Below are positions 15,101-30,200 of a stretch of 64,000 bases of DNA, one piece after another. Position numbers and translations under genes: made by a program. How positions within the stretch are numbered: position 1 is the first letter of the stretch; the number at the start of each line of letters is the position of its first letter. The stretch is taken from the IMG/VR virus record IMGVR_UViG_3300045125_000158, positions 1-64,000 of that record, one strand, 5' to 3'. Under the pieces are notes generated by a model. That model had not been told where the DNA came from, did not search any database, and saw only the letters and a list, made by a program, of their open reading frames with translations. The stretch comes from a virus.

Positions 15101-18100
15101 ATTTTACTTTGACTAAGCAATCAGATTCAAATAATGGATAATTGAATCGTAAAAACTTTATTCTTTGGCGAGAAAGAAAACCTCTCTTGTTATTGGATTA
15201 AGCCATTAAGTGTTACTTCATATAAAGCATTTGAGGGAATAGAATAGATCATCCAAACCTACAAGCTTGTAGGTAGACAGTCCATCGTTCCTGTAGTACG
15301 ATGTATTTTGTAATGCATAATCATCTACTAATAAATTTAGTAACTTCAACTCGCTCAGTACTAAATGCTTCATCTACAAAAGTTATTTGATAGATACTTG
15401 AACTTGAGGAAACAAATAATATATTTGGATTTTTCCACGCAATTGCTTGTGCGTTAATAAAAATTGGCATCTTTATATCGCCACGTTTAATTTCATCTTT
15501 TAGAAGCTGGTGGTATTTGTGTTGTCGAATGACAACCCAGATATTGATATACCCAACATTTTATTAATACCAGCGGTGGTTGCTATATATCGTATTGCAG
15601 TATTTCTTATAGCAATATCATTTATTTTATTTGATTTCAACCATTTGCCTGTGTAAATACAACTATACTACCAGCTTCATACCTAATAAGGCCTTGATCT
15701 GAACCGATCCAGACTATGTTGGCTGCATCAACTTTAACTATCGGTCAACTTATTCGTAGGAAGACCGCTTACATAGTATTTACTATAGAAAATCATTATT
15801 AGTCAAAGTAATTTTTCTAACTGTTTCCACATCTGTTTTACTTACAATAATCTTATCATATATGTTAGATAACTTTATAATAAATAAACCTTGATCAGAT
15901 GCGACATATAACCTATCAAAACCATCCACATCCAAAGACTTTGGATTGATTAAGTTTGGAATTTCTAATTTATAAAAGTAAGCATGATCAGATGAAACAT
16001 AGACACTGGCTGTCTGCGTAATATTTGAATAACCAATAGCGTACATGTTGGATTTTGCATCGAATGCAATTTTTTCTATTTGTAAGCCTTGTAAACCATA
16101 ATCCACATTATCAAGATGATATGCTGTATTAGTATCATTCGTATAGAATATCAAACCTTTACTAGTTCCTATCCAAGCATCTCCATTATTGTTAGGAATC
16201 GAACAGTACATATTAGCATCTACTATATTAGTTGTAGTAGATGATATTAATTTGATGGAAAATGGCTCAACACTATCAGCACAATAATATTTTATATTTC
16301 CAATTACCAAACGAGATGACACGTTATCAGAGAAATCACCAAATCGTAATTCTTTGCGTCCATACTTACTATCAATACTCAACTCGCCAGCCCCATATGC
16401 GTCATGCATGTAAACGTCATATGATGGCGCGAATGAATAATCGAAAAGTATATCTTTTATTTGCGAAAACAAGTTCTTGTTAGGAAGAATTTCACCCGAC
16501 TTACTAGTCTCATTACTTTCATAGAGAATATGCAAGTAACCAGAAAAAACAGGAGGTATTGATGGCCGATAAGCAAGCCTTGGTAAATCATAAATAAATT
16601 CTACATCAAAAGAAGTTGAATAGCCCGCTGGTCTGTTTTGATTGCTGCTAAACCAAGATTGCGTAGCAGTATCGAATTTTAGCATGTATATAGAAGGAGT
16701 CTTGAAAGAAACTTCACTACCTTTACCGCCATAAACATCATAAGGATTTATTTCGGCTCTGTGATAAATTCCTGTTGTTTTTCAAAAACAACATAAATAT
16801 CACCAGTTGATGTATCTAAACTAGAATCAGGATGCACAGCATCAAAATTACCAGTAGTTAACTGTATAATATTTTTAGAAAATACCAAACGAGAGTTTAT
16901 AGTACGTGAAAATAACTGTAGATTATTGTCAATTACATCTTGCCATACAACAATAATTTGACCTTTGAGATCAACAATTACTGTGGAATTATCAGGCTTA
17001 ATTGCTGCAAGACCCGAAACCAAATAATCAGAGCCATTCTGTCCACTACTATTCCAATAAGATTGACCTTCATCAAGTATTGCCAACTTAATTGCTGAGT
17101 TACCCGAATTTTCGAAAGATGTCCAGGTTAAATAGAGACTATTATTATTGACGCATAGGCACGGCCTTTTTGCAGCTATCGCTTCTTTTGTTACTTGAAT
17201 AGAACTTGTACCAAATAAATCACTTGACCATTGCCCATTAGCAGCATTTCTCTTTATATAGAAAATTTGCGGCTGCGATAATCTATAATCTTCCCAGACC
17301 ACATGCACATTATCTCTTGAATCAACTACTATTCTTGGATTAAACGAATCGTATATACCAGAGGATATAAGATAAGGATCAGACCATCCAGATGAATTTT
17401 TAACAATTACTGATATATCTGTGTAATCAGCTTTTTGTTGTTTCATATATTACATATAAAATATTATTTGTATCACATGCTATTTGCGGATTAGATGAGC
17501 TGAATGAATCTGAAACAATCAATTCTGGCTCAGACCAACTACCAATCAATCCGTCATAAAAACTGTAAAAAATCTGTCGTTTATTTATACCCGATCCATC
17601 ATCGTGCCATACGGCGTGCAAATTATTTGACTTATCAGCAACAACATGCGGACGACCCGGAGTTACCCAATTTAGTAGCCAAATCTTTAGGACTAGATTC
17701 GGCAAGCAATCTATAATTTTGTTCTGTACTTTTCTTGCTAAATAATTTTATTTTGTTTTTCTTTCCTACTAAACGATAACTCGACATTTCAGTTGTATCA
17801 TAAACGTAGGATTTACTGGTTGGATTCAAAAATAATTTCTTGTGGCAAAAACCAAAAATTTTCAGCTATAACGCCATCATTTACGTATACACCAATTCCC
17901 TTAGGCAAACCTGTATTCGAAGGGCTATCGCTGTCTTCAACCTGATCAACTCTAAAATCAAAATCAACAGTCCAGCCGGTTTCATTATTAACTTTATCAA
18001 ACCATGGAGTGCCCTTTTTTCTTTGAGTATAAAACCATTTACCAGTATTAAGAGTTCCGTAGGGAGTGGTATTATATACATCAATTATTTCATATTGCCC

Positions 18101-20498
18101 AAAAACAGTTAAGGAAGGAAAAAGATTAGTTTGATTCATTGCTGTCAATCTATTTGCAGCTTGCGAACCTATGCTAGAATTATTGATATATACTTCATAA
18201 AAAAGTGAGAAGTAATAATTTTCTGAAGTTATTAAAGAGTTTAATTCAGTAAGTAATTGATTAATATTTTTGTTAGCAAGTTGTGTCCTAAATACTTCCG
18301 TGCTTGTACCCGCCAGATAAATAGATAGGATAATCTTCATCAACAGTTACATCAAAATTATATGTAAAAATACTATCATATAATGAAGCAAATGTAATAG
18401 CTTCAGTATTTACAGTAAGAATAACTTCATTTGGCGTGTTAGAAAGAATTGTTTGTCTTGCAGATACTGTTGTATCTATTACCATACCTTCTTCAATGTA
18501 ACTCAGAGCATCAAATGGAGCTGTTTTAACAAGCTCCCAGAGATTTGTTTCGGGATCAAAACCAGCACTGAAAATTGTGCTACTATCATATTTTGGTATA
18601 AAATAATTTACAAAAGAAGTTGATCCATATGAGTGAGATACTTGAAGAACATTTTGATTAGGTGATAAACTGAAAGAATTTATTCGCAGATCAAAGAAAT
18701 CGACGTTTTCAGTTGCAGCAGAAATAGTATCCGTAGTTTCCTTATTTTGTAGATCTTACCACTTTCTTGTTCGTTAATTGGATTTGCAGCTATAATAACG
18801 TCGCCATTATTTTGCGTGATATGTCTGCAATTGACATATTAACAAAACCAAAAAATTTCTCTAAACGAATGTCAGCAAATTTTGCATCGCCTGCTTCATA
18901 GTATCCATCAATATTATAGACAAACCTCTTCACAAAAATCTCAGCATCTGATTTGGCATCAGTGCCAATGTCTATAAATCTATCAGTGCTTTTTTGAATA
19001 TATTTATTAGTTCCATCAAAAATAATTTCATTTTCAAGATACATTTTTATGGTATCATTTTTTGCAACAAGCAAATAATTTCGCATAACGGTGGCATCTA
19101 CATCAAAAGCTCAAAACATCTTTTTGACTCAGATACATTTCAATTTTGTCCGCATAGAATCTTGTTTCAACAAATTTCGCCCCATCACCAATAGAAACTC
19201 GTCCGTAACTTTTTGTATCTGCAACCTTAAGAGAGAATTCAACAGTCCAACCTCTAGAATTATCTACTTGAAGAGCCCACAAATTACCCATAACTCTAAA
19301 ACGAGTTGATGCAAAGTTTGCAAAATTATCATTGGTATCGCTAACTGCAACCGAAACATAATAATCAAATCCTCTGCGTATAATATTATCTGGTAATACA
19401 AATTTATTTTCATACGTTTCTATTATGTCTTCATATATTTGAAGCACCAGGAGCTGTTCCAATCCTTATTTTTGCATAACGACTCGACCGATTATAAGGC
19501 TGAATTACGTCCCATTCAACTACGGGGTTCACGCCTTTTACATTTAAATTGTCCTGATTTCCATCTACAAGTAAGTTGATGATTCTAAAACCTGCATCTT
19601 GTATTATTGTGATATTAGAAGAAATTGTTTCCCCATACGCAATTCCATCAAATGGTGTAATAACAAAGTATACAGCATCATCTGGCTTGAGATCAAATCT
19701 AACAAATTTTTGATTATCGGCATTTTCAATATGTTGATTATTAACATACCAGGCAATTTTACTTTTATCTTTAGTTATTAAATTTTGTGTTTGTCCGTCA
19801 TTTGTGACGAAGTTTGCCTCAAGAATATCATTTACATTAGGATTAATAGGTAATATCTGCAAATTTTTGCTGATTGGAGCATTTTTCAAAACATTTACTG
19901 ATTTTGCAAAAAATGTGCTTCCATATTCTATCCCATCATATGGAGTAATTTCACAATACCAATTGTCATTAAACTGTAAATATTCAGTTGAAATTTTGAG
20001 AAAATTATCAAATTGCGAATAGTATTTACCATTTCTAAACCATTTAATTTTACAATTTACAGAGTCTGAGGAAGTAGAATAATTTAAAACAAGATCATCG
20101 CTCTTGCTTGGTTTTTCAGGTAATATTTTTGCGGTCTTTACGAAAGGTAGCCTATTTACAACAAACTTAAACTTAACCCATTCGCTTTCGTTTTCTAATG
20201 TATCCTTTATACGTATTTGCCCGTAATACGTGTTGCCTCTTTGTATAAATTTTGTTTTCAATCTCCAATATTGTGCGCTATCTTTTGAATATGGTTGACT
20301 TATGACATCTGCTGTAAACGATGATGTTCCCCACCCAACATTATTCTTAGCTACTCGTATTTCATAGGCATTTTGCTTCAGAGATGCTAGATTGACTTCA
20401 TATTCCCAATTTAATGTGACAAGATCAAGCGGAACTATAGAAGAATTATCCGCAACAATTTTGTTATTAATTTTTAAATTTTTAATACTAATAGCCAT
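12148..20498 (-). CDS. ~2780-aa giant multidomain virion protein (Ig/FN3-like, BNR-like repeats, beta-propellers, C-terminal repeat domains); frameshifted
   Basis: Starts MAISIKNL at 20498. About 15 abutting ORF pieces. Repeats HAVWHDDGSG..QIFYS, HVVWEDYR..QIFYI, IVVWQD..QLFSR. Propeller motifs AWIGTSKGL and LYAGTGSEGRVY. Ends with TAA at 12148. The junctions I checked are frameshifts, but a true internal gene boundary cannot be excluded. Confidence 0.65.
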
Positions 20499-20501
20499 TA
20501 A

Positions 20502-21573
20502 TTAAATCCTGACGGAACCTTTAAAAATTTGCAACGATCCATCTTTTATATCTATTATCGATTTTGCATCTAATTTATTTTTCTTTATAAATTTAGTTTC
20601 ATCAGCATTTGCAAAATCCCTTCGAGACTGCCACATTACTCTGTCGCCTTTATATATATTGCCATCATTTCTGCCAGCGTAAAAATTCTTACCATTACTT
20701 AGCACAGAAGTAACGCCGAGAAATGTCGGATCATCAAATGCAAAACAATTATGCACAAAATTACGATATGTCAAAGATTTATCAATTATAAATTTAGTTC
20801 CATAATTTATAACTGTCGCCAAAGCATCACTATCAATAATAAATTTATTAAAAAAAACTAATTCGTCGATAGTTCCGTTATTATTACGCAAAACACTGCT
20901 ATAGCCAACGGCTGAATTATTTATAGTAAAAGGTATAACAGGATTGTCGTATATATTTGTAGGAATTTGAAATCCATCTTCGCTATACAAGCCTACTTCC
21001 TTGCCATCTATGAATATTTGTAATTTTCTTGATGGACCATAGTCAGGCAATCCAAAAATGATGAAATTTTCCTGTTTCGTATTTTTCTGTTTCTACATTA
21101 GTTTCACGAAAGTCACTACCTATAAGAACAATTTTCAAAACATTGAAACCATCATCACGACATTCTTCATAAAATACAAAACTACCAGAATCAACACTCG
21201 TATATCCAGTTGAGCTACTATAAGAAAAATTTACTTTGTCAAACAAAGACATGCGATAATATACTGGCAAGCCTGTTAGATTACTTACGTTCGGGCGCAA
21301 TGTAGCTTGGTCTAAGCCAAAAGCCCAATGAAAATTCAGAATTATTAGATAAAAATAGCGGTATTTGAAATTTGTTTTTAGGTTGAAAATTAAGAGCCTT
21401 ATCATGAGGCCCATGAACCAAAGAATAAACCGAATCGCCTGATGACTGAACTACCTGTGCGTTAATTTGATTAGTAATAGGCAGTCTATCAAAATCTAAA
21501 AAAACTTAGCAGCATTTTCTAAAATATATTTACTGTAATCACTGGCAGCAATGTTAAGATTTACTTGTTCCAT
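20502..21573 (-). CDS. LamG/concanavalin-like domain protein (~355 aa); frameshifted
   Basis: ATG at 21573, directly after the upstream TAA. Motifs ETGKFHHFWIA, KLQIFIDGKEV and NNGTIDELVFFNK. Confidence 0.65.
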
Positions 21574-21574
21574 T

Positions 21575-22992
21575 TTATACTCTACTATAATTTAGGCTAA
21601 GAGAAAATCGGTTATTTTCATAAGCCGTCATTTATACTAGCAATACTTCTTTCAACCCAAATGTATACTGCCTCGTATGGCTTCAGATCATTTCCGCTTG
21701 CCCGGTTATTTCCAATATTTATTGGGATACTATTCCCAAATGTAATTGGCGAATAAAACTCCGTAATATTACTTCCGGTTGGTGGCTGTGTTGATGTTTT
21801 GTTTCTAGTAGCAGGTGCCGTATCAATTTCAAATTTATCACCAGGGGATATATTATAAGGCAACCTCTCATCAACAACAATAGTGCCGCTATTACTTATA
21901 AAAGATTTAATTATGCCGTTTGTTTCAAATTATTACCAGAAATAAATGTAATTGGAGTGCACAACAAAATGATTATCGGAGTAAACGTTTATAAAATTAT
22001 AAACAGAAAAACTTGTTATACCGGCAGTTGAAGCTTCAGCAACCTTAAAATCTGAATTTGGAACTTCGATGGCTATTTTTATATTTGACAAATTGTTCCT
22101 ACTATAAGTATTAAAAAATATTAACATCCTTGGCCGTATTAGTGGAATTAATATTTTTTATAGCCAAACACCTGAATTGCTTTCTATCAGTGCCAAAATT
22201 AGCATCAAAAAAAGAATTTTTTATTAATTCACGAATTACGGTTCCCTGCGAGTGCATTCGCAACGGCGTAGCAAACACATTTCTTTCAGACACATAAGCA
22301 CTCAAACCAATCCATTTATCAATCCTAACAACTTCATCATTGATTTGTAAAAATTCATTTTTTTGCATATCAATAACTGAAAAATCATTCGACAAAGCGT
22401 TTTCATCAACAACAAGAATTTTTTCATATATTGAAATACTATCCTTGAGCAACAAACCTCGACAAACTTGGGTTGTGCTGATAAAACCACCAATAGATTG
22501 ATTATAATTTTTTTGCTCTGACAACGGCTCTGCAGTCGTGAGATAAAATCGCAAATCTTTGCCTAATTGATAATAAGTGGAATTTATATCCTTACTAAAG
22601 CAGCTAAAATATACCCAAGAACCATTACTTGTAGTAAAAGCTGTATCTTCTACAAGGCGTTGACACGTAACCGGCAGAATTTGCAACTTCGGCATAAGTG
22701 TCTGGATATTGATTTATCTTTTGAATGAGATCATCGATGCTCTGTCCAATAAGAGGTATCTGTATTAGAGTTGTCTCGCTATTATTCTCATCAATATAAA
22801 CGCCTACAAATATTTTAATTCCCTCAACAGTAATTATGCAATATTTTGCAGAAATATAGGTTGACGTAGAATTTAAATTGCGTACAAATCGCAACTTCAA
22901 ACAGAATTTTGCAACAATTCATTCGATGCTTGCACGTCGGAAGTTAGATCATAAGTGCCAACTATCGCTTTTTTGTCAAAGACACTAGTCAT
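21575..22992 (-). CDS. Putative virion structural/tail protein (~470 aa); frameshifted
   Basis: ATGA overlap at 22989-22992. SIGGFISTT...NSFFD...QFRCLAIKN...EAVYIWVERSI resembles a recurrent phage tail-protein motif (recognised from memory). Confidence 0.55.
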
Positions 22993-24552
22993 ATTGTAAC
23001 CTCAATAAAATTTTTGCCATCATAAACATATATTGTTTTGCTGTTTTGCAATACAATGTAAAGTAAATTGTTATCTGAATACAATCTGGATATTTGATTG
23101 CCAAAATTTCTAACAGACACTATGGTTGTTTTGTCATATACTGAAAGAGTTCCATTTTTTGCACCGCAATATAAATTTGCACCGTATTCACACATGGTAA
23201 TTATTTCAGGAATCACTTGCAGTCAAAGCAAAACCTGCTCAATAACAAAACCAGTATATCTATAAACCAACCCGGTATAATCTGATGTTTTTGCAGCTAT
23301 GTATAAAACGTCATCATAGAATGTAATTGCATTTATTTTTTCATTTATCTCAGTAACATATGAAGTGTTGGGTGTAAATTTATAAATATTTCCTTTCAAT
23401 GTGTTTACGGCCATCCAGACATTTTCATCTGATTTTTGCAAAGCAATATCAGTGATTTGAGCAGTTTCAATATCATATAAAATACGGAAAGTTTTATCTA
23501 TATTTAAAGTTCTATTTCCGCCATAATCCTGGAATTTAACTTTAATGGTTTTTACACCATCTATATCTGACAACTGCCAATACTTCATGTTACTGAAAGA
23601 CTCTTGTCCTTCTATAGTTTTTTCATCTTCTTCTATAAACTGCATAGCATAATGCCAGTTGAATCGTCATAAGCATATAGTCTTACAGAAACATCTAAAC
23701 TTTTCGTATATTGATCAGAATTATTAATTTGCAAATATCCTGTTGGTGGCTTGGTGTCAATTATAAAGAAATTATCATGCAAAATGGCAACATTTTGAAT
23801 ATTGACTTCCTGTGATTTGTTGCCATCATCATCAGTCAGATATACAGTCAACACATAGTCATCAGAAGCAGGTAGTGAAAGTATGTCCCAACGCAAAGGA
23901 CCAAGACCAACTGGCACATTTTGTATTATTGGTGTAAATGGAATTTCGGCTTTTGCTGAACTAAAATAAATGTTATACTTTGCACGTTGTGAAAAAGCAT
24001 TGGTTATTGCTGAATCGTCAAAAATAAATTTGATATTTTTGCTATATCTCGCGTTAGGAATTGGAGACAAAACTAGGGGCATAAGGTATAGACTTTCTTA
24101 TTGAAAAAGATGCTGCTGATACCGACATGTCAGTTCTTTCTCCACGACTATTTACGCCACGTATGCCACATCTCACATTTTTGCTTTTGATGTTATTGCC
24201 AACTTTCCAGTTATATTTACCTATTCCAGAAGGTACCGAGGCAATCATTTTCCAGTCAGGCTCGGTGACGTAATCATAATTTTCGCAGAAAAACAATTCA
24301 TACCATATTTCGCGTTCCATCTACTGTTGGAGGAAAGTTTTCTATCCAACTAACTTCTATCTCTCTCGTCAAAATATCTTCGTTGCCGTTTGGATATAAA
24401 CGAGTTGGGTCTAGTTAGTAGCATTTTGAGGACCGTTTGTAAACTAATGTTGGAAAATTAATAGCTACCGCTTCCGACACAACCTTCCATTGGAAATTGA
24501 CATCAAATGTATCTGGTACGCTCCAAACATAATTCACAGTTATCGTAGGCAA
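22989..24552 (-). CDS. Ig-like plus beta-propeller protein (~520 aa); frameshifted
   Basis: TTG start at 24552 after GGAG. IDTKPPTGYLQINNSDQYTKSLDV and WQLSDIDGVKTIKVKFQDYGGN form an Ig-like repeat. C-terminal propeller blades. Confidence 0.6.
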
Positions 24553-24564
24553 TTTTTATCTCCA

Positions 24565-26146
24565 TTAACTTTCAACAGTATAGTCTATCGCTAAATCTCC
24601 GCTTTTAAGACCTGAATTTTCTGTGGCAAAATTTACTTGAAAAACAACTGAATTGACACTATTTTTTGCAAAATTACTGGCAAGTTAGTTAGATTCGATA
24701 TTACAATATTACTACTATTTGTTTCAACTGAATTTATAGTTATGTTCTTATAAATGCCAGAATTACTGAGTGTGTACGTTTTACTTAGAGGTCTTCCTTT
24801 TGCAAAGTTCCTAACACATACGTTGCCCCGTCAACAACATTTGAGTTTACATCAGAAATTGACGCTCCACTTTTAAAGACCAAATTGTATTGGGGTAAAA
24901 TATTGAAGTTAACTCTAGCTACAAATTCAGGAGCATTAATGTCACTTGATAGAATTCTAATTACACCAGTTTTGCTACCTTCTGATGCATTATTTATGTA
25001 GAATTTTATATTTGCAGTGGCAGCTATAACTAAATTAGTATTCGATTGCACTGAATCTTCAGCAACAGTAATGTCTCCGCTGAAAGATACGGAATTCTAT
25101 TACTAAAACATTAGTGCCTACGTTACGAACAAGCAAAGTTAATTTATTTGAAACGTCTTTGGGATATGAACTGAGAGCAACGTTACCGTTGTTCAATATT
25201 GAAAGGTTGTTGTATTCTAACGAAACTTTGCCAGCACTTTGCGCTGCTACTGCAAAATTAATAATTAAAGAAAATTTTCCACTCGTTACATTAAATGCAT
25301 CACAGGCATATGCCAGTTGTGAATTATATGTAGTATTAGCTGTTTGTCCAAAATACGAAAATGAAATTTCCAAGCTAGCATTTTTACTAACAACTTGTTG
25401 AACTGTATCAGGCGGAGGTTGCTTTGCCAATAAAGCAGTTCCATATGTTATGCCATTTTGTTGAAATACAACATCTTTTTCGCCAAAATTGTAAAATTGC
25501 AACGTTCTTCCCTAAACTTGCTTGGTATGCAATAGTTCCAAAACTAATTGTTTCTTGGTGTAAAAATATTTATTGATTTTTGATCATAAACTACAACGTA
25601 GCTACCGTTTGTTCCTGAAACCGCTTTAATCTTAATCTCATATATGTATACTCGCACAGCAGGACCCGCGCTGCTTATATTAAATTTTGTTGCTATACCA
25701 AAATTAGTTTCTTTAAGATCTTTCCAAAATGGAATATTATTACCAAAAACACGGATAATGGCTGTTTTTCTTACATAGGAATCAGAGTTTGTAGCCGTAT
25801 TTCCATTTATTTGCGTTTGGTTAGGGTATGGTACTCCACTCAAACTTAAAAAGGAAGATAACGAAACTGCATAAGTGCCAGGATCTTCGCTTTGCACACT
25901 CCATTCTATTTGAAATTCTAAATAAGCTAACGTAGGATTGAGATCCATGAATGAACCAAGACTTCCACTATTAAAACGCCATTCAACTGTTTCAGTAAAC
26001 CAAGAATTAGATTCAATTTTTACTGAGGCACCGTTAGAGCCGGTATCCTCAAATAAAGCAAGTGCGGGATCGTCAAATGATTCACCACCCGTACCGTATT
26101 TATAATAATCAAATGCATAATCTTCGAAAGTATCACCAACTGCCAT
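24565..26146 (-). CDS. Protein with tandem ASH/choice-of-anchor-D Ig-like domains (~525 aa); frameshifted
   Basis: AAGGA then ATG at 26146. Motifs LLVRNVGTNVLVI and KTGVIRILSSDINAPEFVARV. TAA at 24565-24567. Confidence 0.6.
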
Positions 26147-26155
26147 AGTTTATCC

Positions 26156-27247
26156 TTATAAAGAAACTTCCCATTGTATTTGTAATTCTGAATCCTTCTT
26201 ACCTAGACTGTTTGTATTTAATCGGACGTTAAAACTGAAAGTATTACTTTCATTTGGCTCAACTATAAATGGCAATGCAGGCACTTTCAAAAGATTTGCA
26301 TTTCCTTGCAAAACAATATTACTAACTCGTATACTGTAAAGAATTCCACTGTTGCTTATTGATATAGTTTTCACCAAAACTGAATTTTGATTTACAGAAC
26401 CAATATCTATAATTTGATTATCATAAATTTGTTCACTGACTTGTTTTACTACTAACTGATAAGATTCTGCTACAGAGTAATAAATTGTAAATACAAAAAT
26501 TGGCTTCAAGGCGTCGTTAGAAGCAATAGTAACAACAAACGATCTATCACCTACTGAAACCGTATCAAGGTTGCATGACACGACCGCTGTCTGATTAAAA
26601 TTCAAATTTACTTGTTGAGAAACTGACGGATTATAGGAAAAAGTTTCATTTCCTGATATTGTTGTTAAACTGATACCGCCAATTTCTATAACGAGCTGAG
26701 GTACGCCAAAATTTGCCACATTAAACGATAAAGTTTGTATGGAATTTTTAGCAACTAGACCAGCATTGAGAATGCCGCCATTGACAACAATATTGTTATT
26801 ATATATAATGTTACAATCTGCACTCGTAGTGCTGGCTGCAACGACACTAAAATAAAATGTATGAGTGAAAGTCGGCACTGCAGGATCGTTTGAACTTATC
26901 TGTATTGTAAAAATCCTATTACCAACAATTGAAGTATCCAATTGTATGAGAGCAAATAATCCTTTTTGAAATGTTATGTTTGCTGGTAATGAAGCAGTAG
27001 TTGTTGCCTGCAAAACTCCATTAACCAAAACGCTATTGTAAATATTCAATAAATTTGCATTATTGCTTACATCTACGCCATTAAAAGGAATAACTAATGT
27101 CGAATCAGATGCATCGTTGCCCATAAAAACATATATTTGTCGTGTGGTATTTGCAACAAAGTCACCAAGCTGTGATGCTCCACCATTAAATAGCGCAGAG
27201 CCAACAGAGCTATTATTACGTACAATTATTTTTGGATTATTCGACAT
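26156..27247 (-). CDS. Intact 363-aa protein with three tandem ASH/choice-of-anchor-D Ig-like domains
   Basis: Uninterrupted ORF. Repeats LDTSIVGNRIFTIQISSNDP, LDTVSVGDRSFVVTIASNDA and LNTNSLGKKDSELQI. Confidence 0.75.
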   Translation of the reverse strand: MSNNPKIIVRNNSSVGSALFNGGASQLGDFVANTTRQIYVFMGNDASDSTLVIPFNGVDVSNNANLLNIYNSVLVNGVLQATTTASLPANITFQKGLFALIQLDTSIVGNRIFTIQISSNDPAVPTFTHTFYFSVVAASTTSADCNIIYNNNIVVNGGILNAGLVAKNSIQTLSFNVANFGVPQLVIEIGGISLTTISGNETFSYNPSVSQQVNLNFNQTAVVSCNLDTVSVGDRSFVVTIASNDALKPIFVFTIYYSVAESYQLVVKQVSEQIYDNQIIDIGSVNQNSVLVKTISISNSGILYSIRVSNIVLQGNANLLKVPALPFIVEPNESNTFSFNVRLNTNSLGKKDSELQIQWEVSL

Positions 27248-27259
27248 TGATTACACCCA

Positions 27260-30200
27260 TTAATTTCCGCCTAAATTGTTTTGCAGTTTACTTGAACCTA
27301 TTACATCAGTGATATTACCAATATTTTCAGATATCAAACTATTATTATTGCTATCATTAGATATCTCTAGATCACGAGGCGAAACCGTATTGTTTTCTCC
27401 GATGACGTTTATCGTTCCCGCTCCGCCAACGCCAGCGTAGCCTAAATCAGCTGTAACACTTCCGCCTCCCCCGCCTATCCACTTGTTATTTGCTTTTGCA
27501 GCATCAATTCCAAAATTGGCCTTTTTATAATAATCAAAATTACCGAAAGATGCTTTCAAATCGTCAGCAAAATACTTTTCTTTGAAGATCGTATAATTAT
27601 TATAAATAGAAACTTTTTGTTCAAAAATATCATTTGATATCAATGAATTGGCTTGCAGAAGATAATCTTGTAAGGCATAATTATTGCATGCATTTGGCAC
27701 TGTTATTGTTATCAATGCAAGACCATCTTTATTTATAACGCCATCATCATCAGCAATAGCAAAAGACGACCTGTATATACCATCGCCAATTTTTGTCATT
27801 GACAAATTGAATTGATCATTTAGACCTTGTTGGTAAACATTCATACGTAAACTTTGATTTGCGTATTTTTTGATAGTCTGTAATTTTTCTAATAGAGCTA
27901 TTTTTTGCTTATCTTTAAATTCTACTCGCACATATATCGTAGATATTTTTTGAATATCCTCACCAATTGAAACCATATTATCATCAGTAATTTGCGTAGC
28001 AGTTTTATTTGTACTAGCTATTTTGACATTTTTGTAAACAGGCAAAGGCTCTTCCAGCTTGTCATCAAAATACAAATCAATTTTATATTCCAAGTCATTA
28101 TAAAAGGCCATGAAATCGACACAGAACATTTCTGTTTTGCCAAAAAATGTCAAAATTTCACAACATATTTTTTTGTTGCCATTATTTGGCGATGCAATCC
28201 ATGGGGCTATAAATCTATCTTTACCTATGAAATATGCTCTAAAAAATTCTTGTTCTTTATAAATTTGTTGCAATTTTTCTTGATTTTGAGCATTACTATC
28301 TGTTTTTTGATCAGCACGTAATGGCTGCTCAGGCAAATCAGGTCCTATCGGCAACCATTCCGACCATTCCTCGCTATCTTCATTCTTGAGCCTATATGCA
28401 TATGTACCAGGAACGCCTACAATATCTAATTCAACAAAACAATCATCAATAACAGGAATTGGCTTCTGCAAGTCTACATAAGTTGAATAAGTAACATACT
28501 TTGACAAAATTCTAATTTTTTGGTATTGATCTATCGCTCTATCTGGAGCTGCCGCCAATATCAAACAAAGAGTTACTTGTATCATCTGTGAATGCACAGG
28601 CATTTCTTGTTACTAACTGTGGTTTATAATTACACCCGAAGCTACAAGCTTGCCAAAAAAGTTTATCGCCATTATGTGCTACAAAATTGATATTTTGAAA
28701 TGCGTCCAAATAAATAGATGCATCAAATACCGCAATTTTGTTTTTAAAATATGAAAAAATAGATCTATCATATCCACCTTGACCCGAGGATTGGAAAGTA
28801 TCATTCACAGAATCATAAATTGCCAAATAATAATCTGCAGATATACTTGCTCTATCTTGCATATTTGCTGAATAACGAAAGTCTTGCCACGTAACATAGA
28901 ATTTATCATCGATGGTTACATTTACTTTCGGGAAAAGACATTGATTATCAGTTTGACTAATTCTATAATCATCGAATCCTCCTCCACTTGACAACCACGT
29001 ACTTGAATCATGTTGTACGCCCCAACGATCATCATTTATTTTATTACATTCGCACATAAACTGAAATTCTGATTCAACATAAAATTGATTGTTACGGTAG
29101 CTTTCTATTACACAAGTATATTCCATGCCGCATAACAAAGGCTGACGCACGATATTTGCTGTTTCATAACTCTCGATTGATTGTGAATCATATAGATCAA
29201 ATGGCAACACTTCAGCGCATATATAACATTTGCAATCTGCCCAGGAGATATATCCAATCCGCTTGTTGGAAACTGTCTAGATCCTCCTATGAGCCAGTTT
29301 AAATTGTCAAATTTAGTAAAAGTGCTTAATATAACATCAGTTTTTTCTACATTTGCATAAAATGTTACACGGAAATGAACATTCTGGCTTGTTTTTTCAT
29401 TATTAACATATTGACATTTTACATCGCATCTTGCTAATTGAGCCGCTTGGGCAATAATAAACTAATTCATTTTTACCAACAACCGACGAATTGCTCTCAA
29501 GTAAAATCCTTATCTCATCGATTGCAGGATTAACTTGTGAAGCAAAAGTAATTGTTTTTCTATCCGACGAAATTGTAATGTAATCCCCAGCCTCGATGCT
29601 CTGTTCCCTCCTGATTGCCATATGTAACGCCTGGATATCCATAAATATCATTTGTAATGGCCAAATCATAACCGTTTAAAATAAGAGCGAGTATCGGTTG
29701 GTTAAATTTTATTATGCAACTTGATGAGCCGACTGCCCCTACTGCATCATAATGAATGAGAACACTTTGCACTTTTTGGGCAACACTCACTCCAGGTAAT
29801 TCGGTTAATGGACTATTAAATACAATACCATTTATTTTACCAATGTTCAACTGCGAGGCTGTTTGTGTTGGTATTTTTCTTGGTGATTTATCATCCGATT
29901 CCAAAATAAGTTTGAAATTTGTACTGTCTTCAAATCTTGCAGTACGTAAGTCTAAACCGTCGTAAGCCTGCAAAACTTGGACATTTACACAATTTGCAAT
30001 ATCAACAATAGGATTTATTGATTCATATTCTACTGTAGCATATAACACTCTGCCTGTAATATCATCTTCTGCACTTGGAGTATATGAAATTGCATAACTA
30101 TCGCCAGCGGAAGCGGACAAGCCTTCATAATTGATTGCAACACCGTTTATTTTCCATCCATTTATGTTAAGTTTTGATGATATTTTTTTGTATAAAGTTT

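Noticed and set aside
14296-15780. Apparent ORF-poor gap suggesting non-coding RNA or an insertion
   Set aside because: Manual translation gives continuous propeller-type peptide (for example YLAGTAEPANIYKFD, IYVSTGSVNGIAKIY), so it is part of the frameshifted giant gene.
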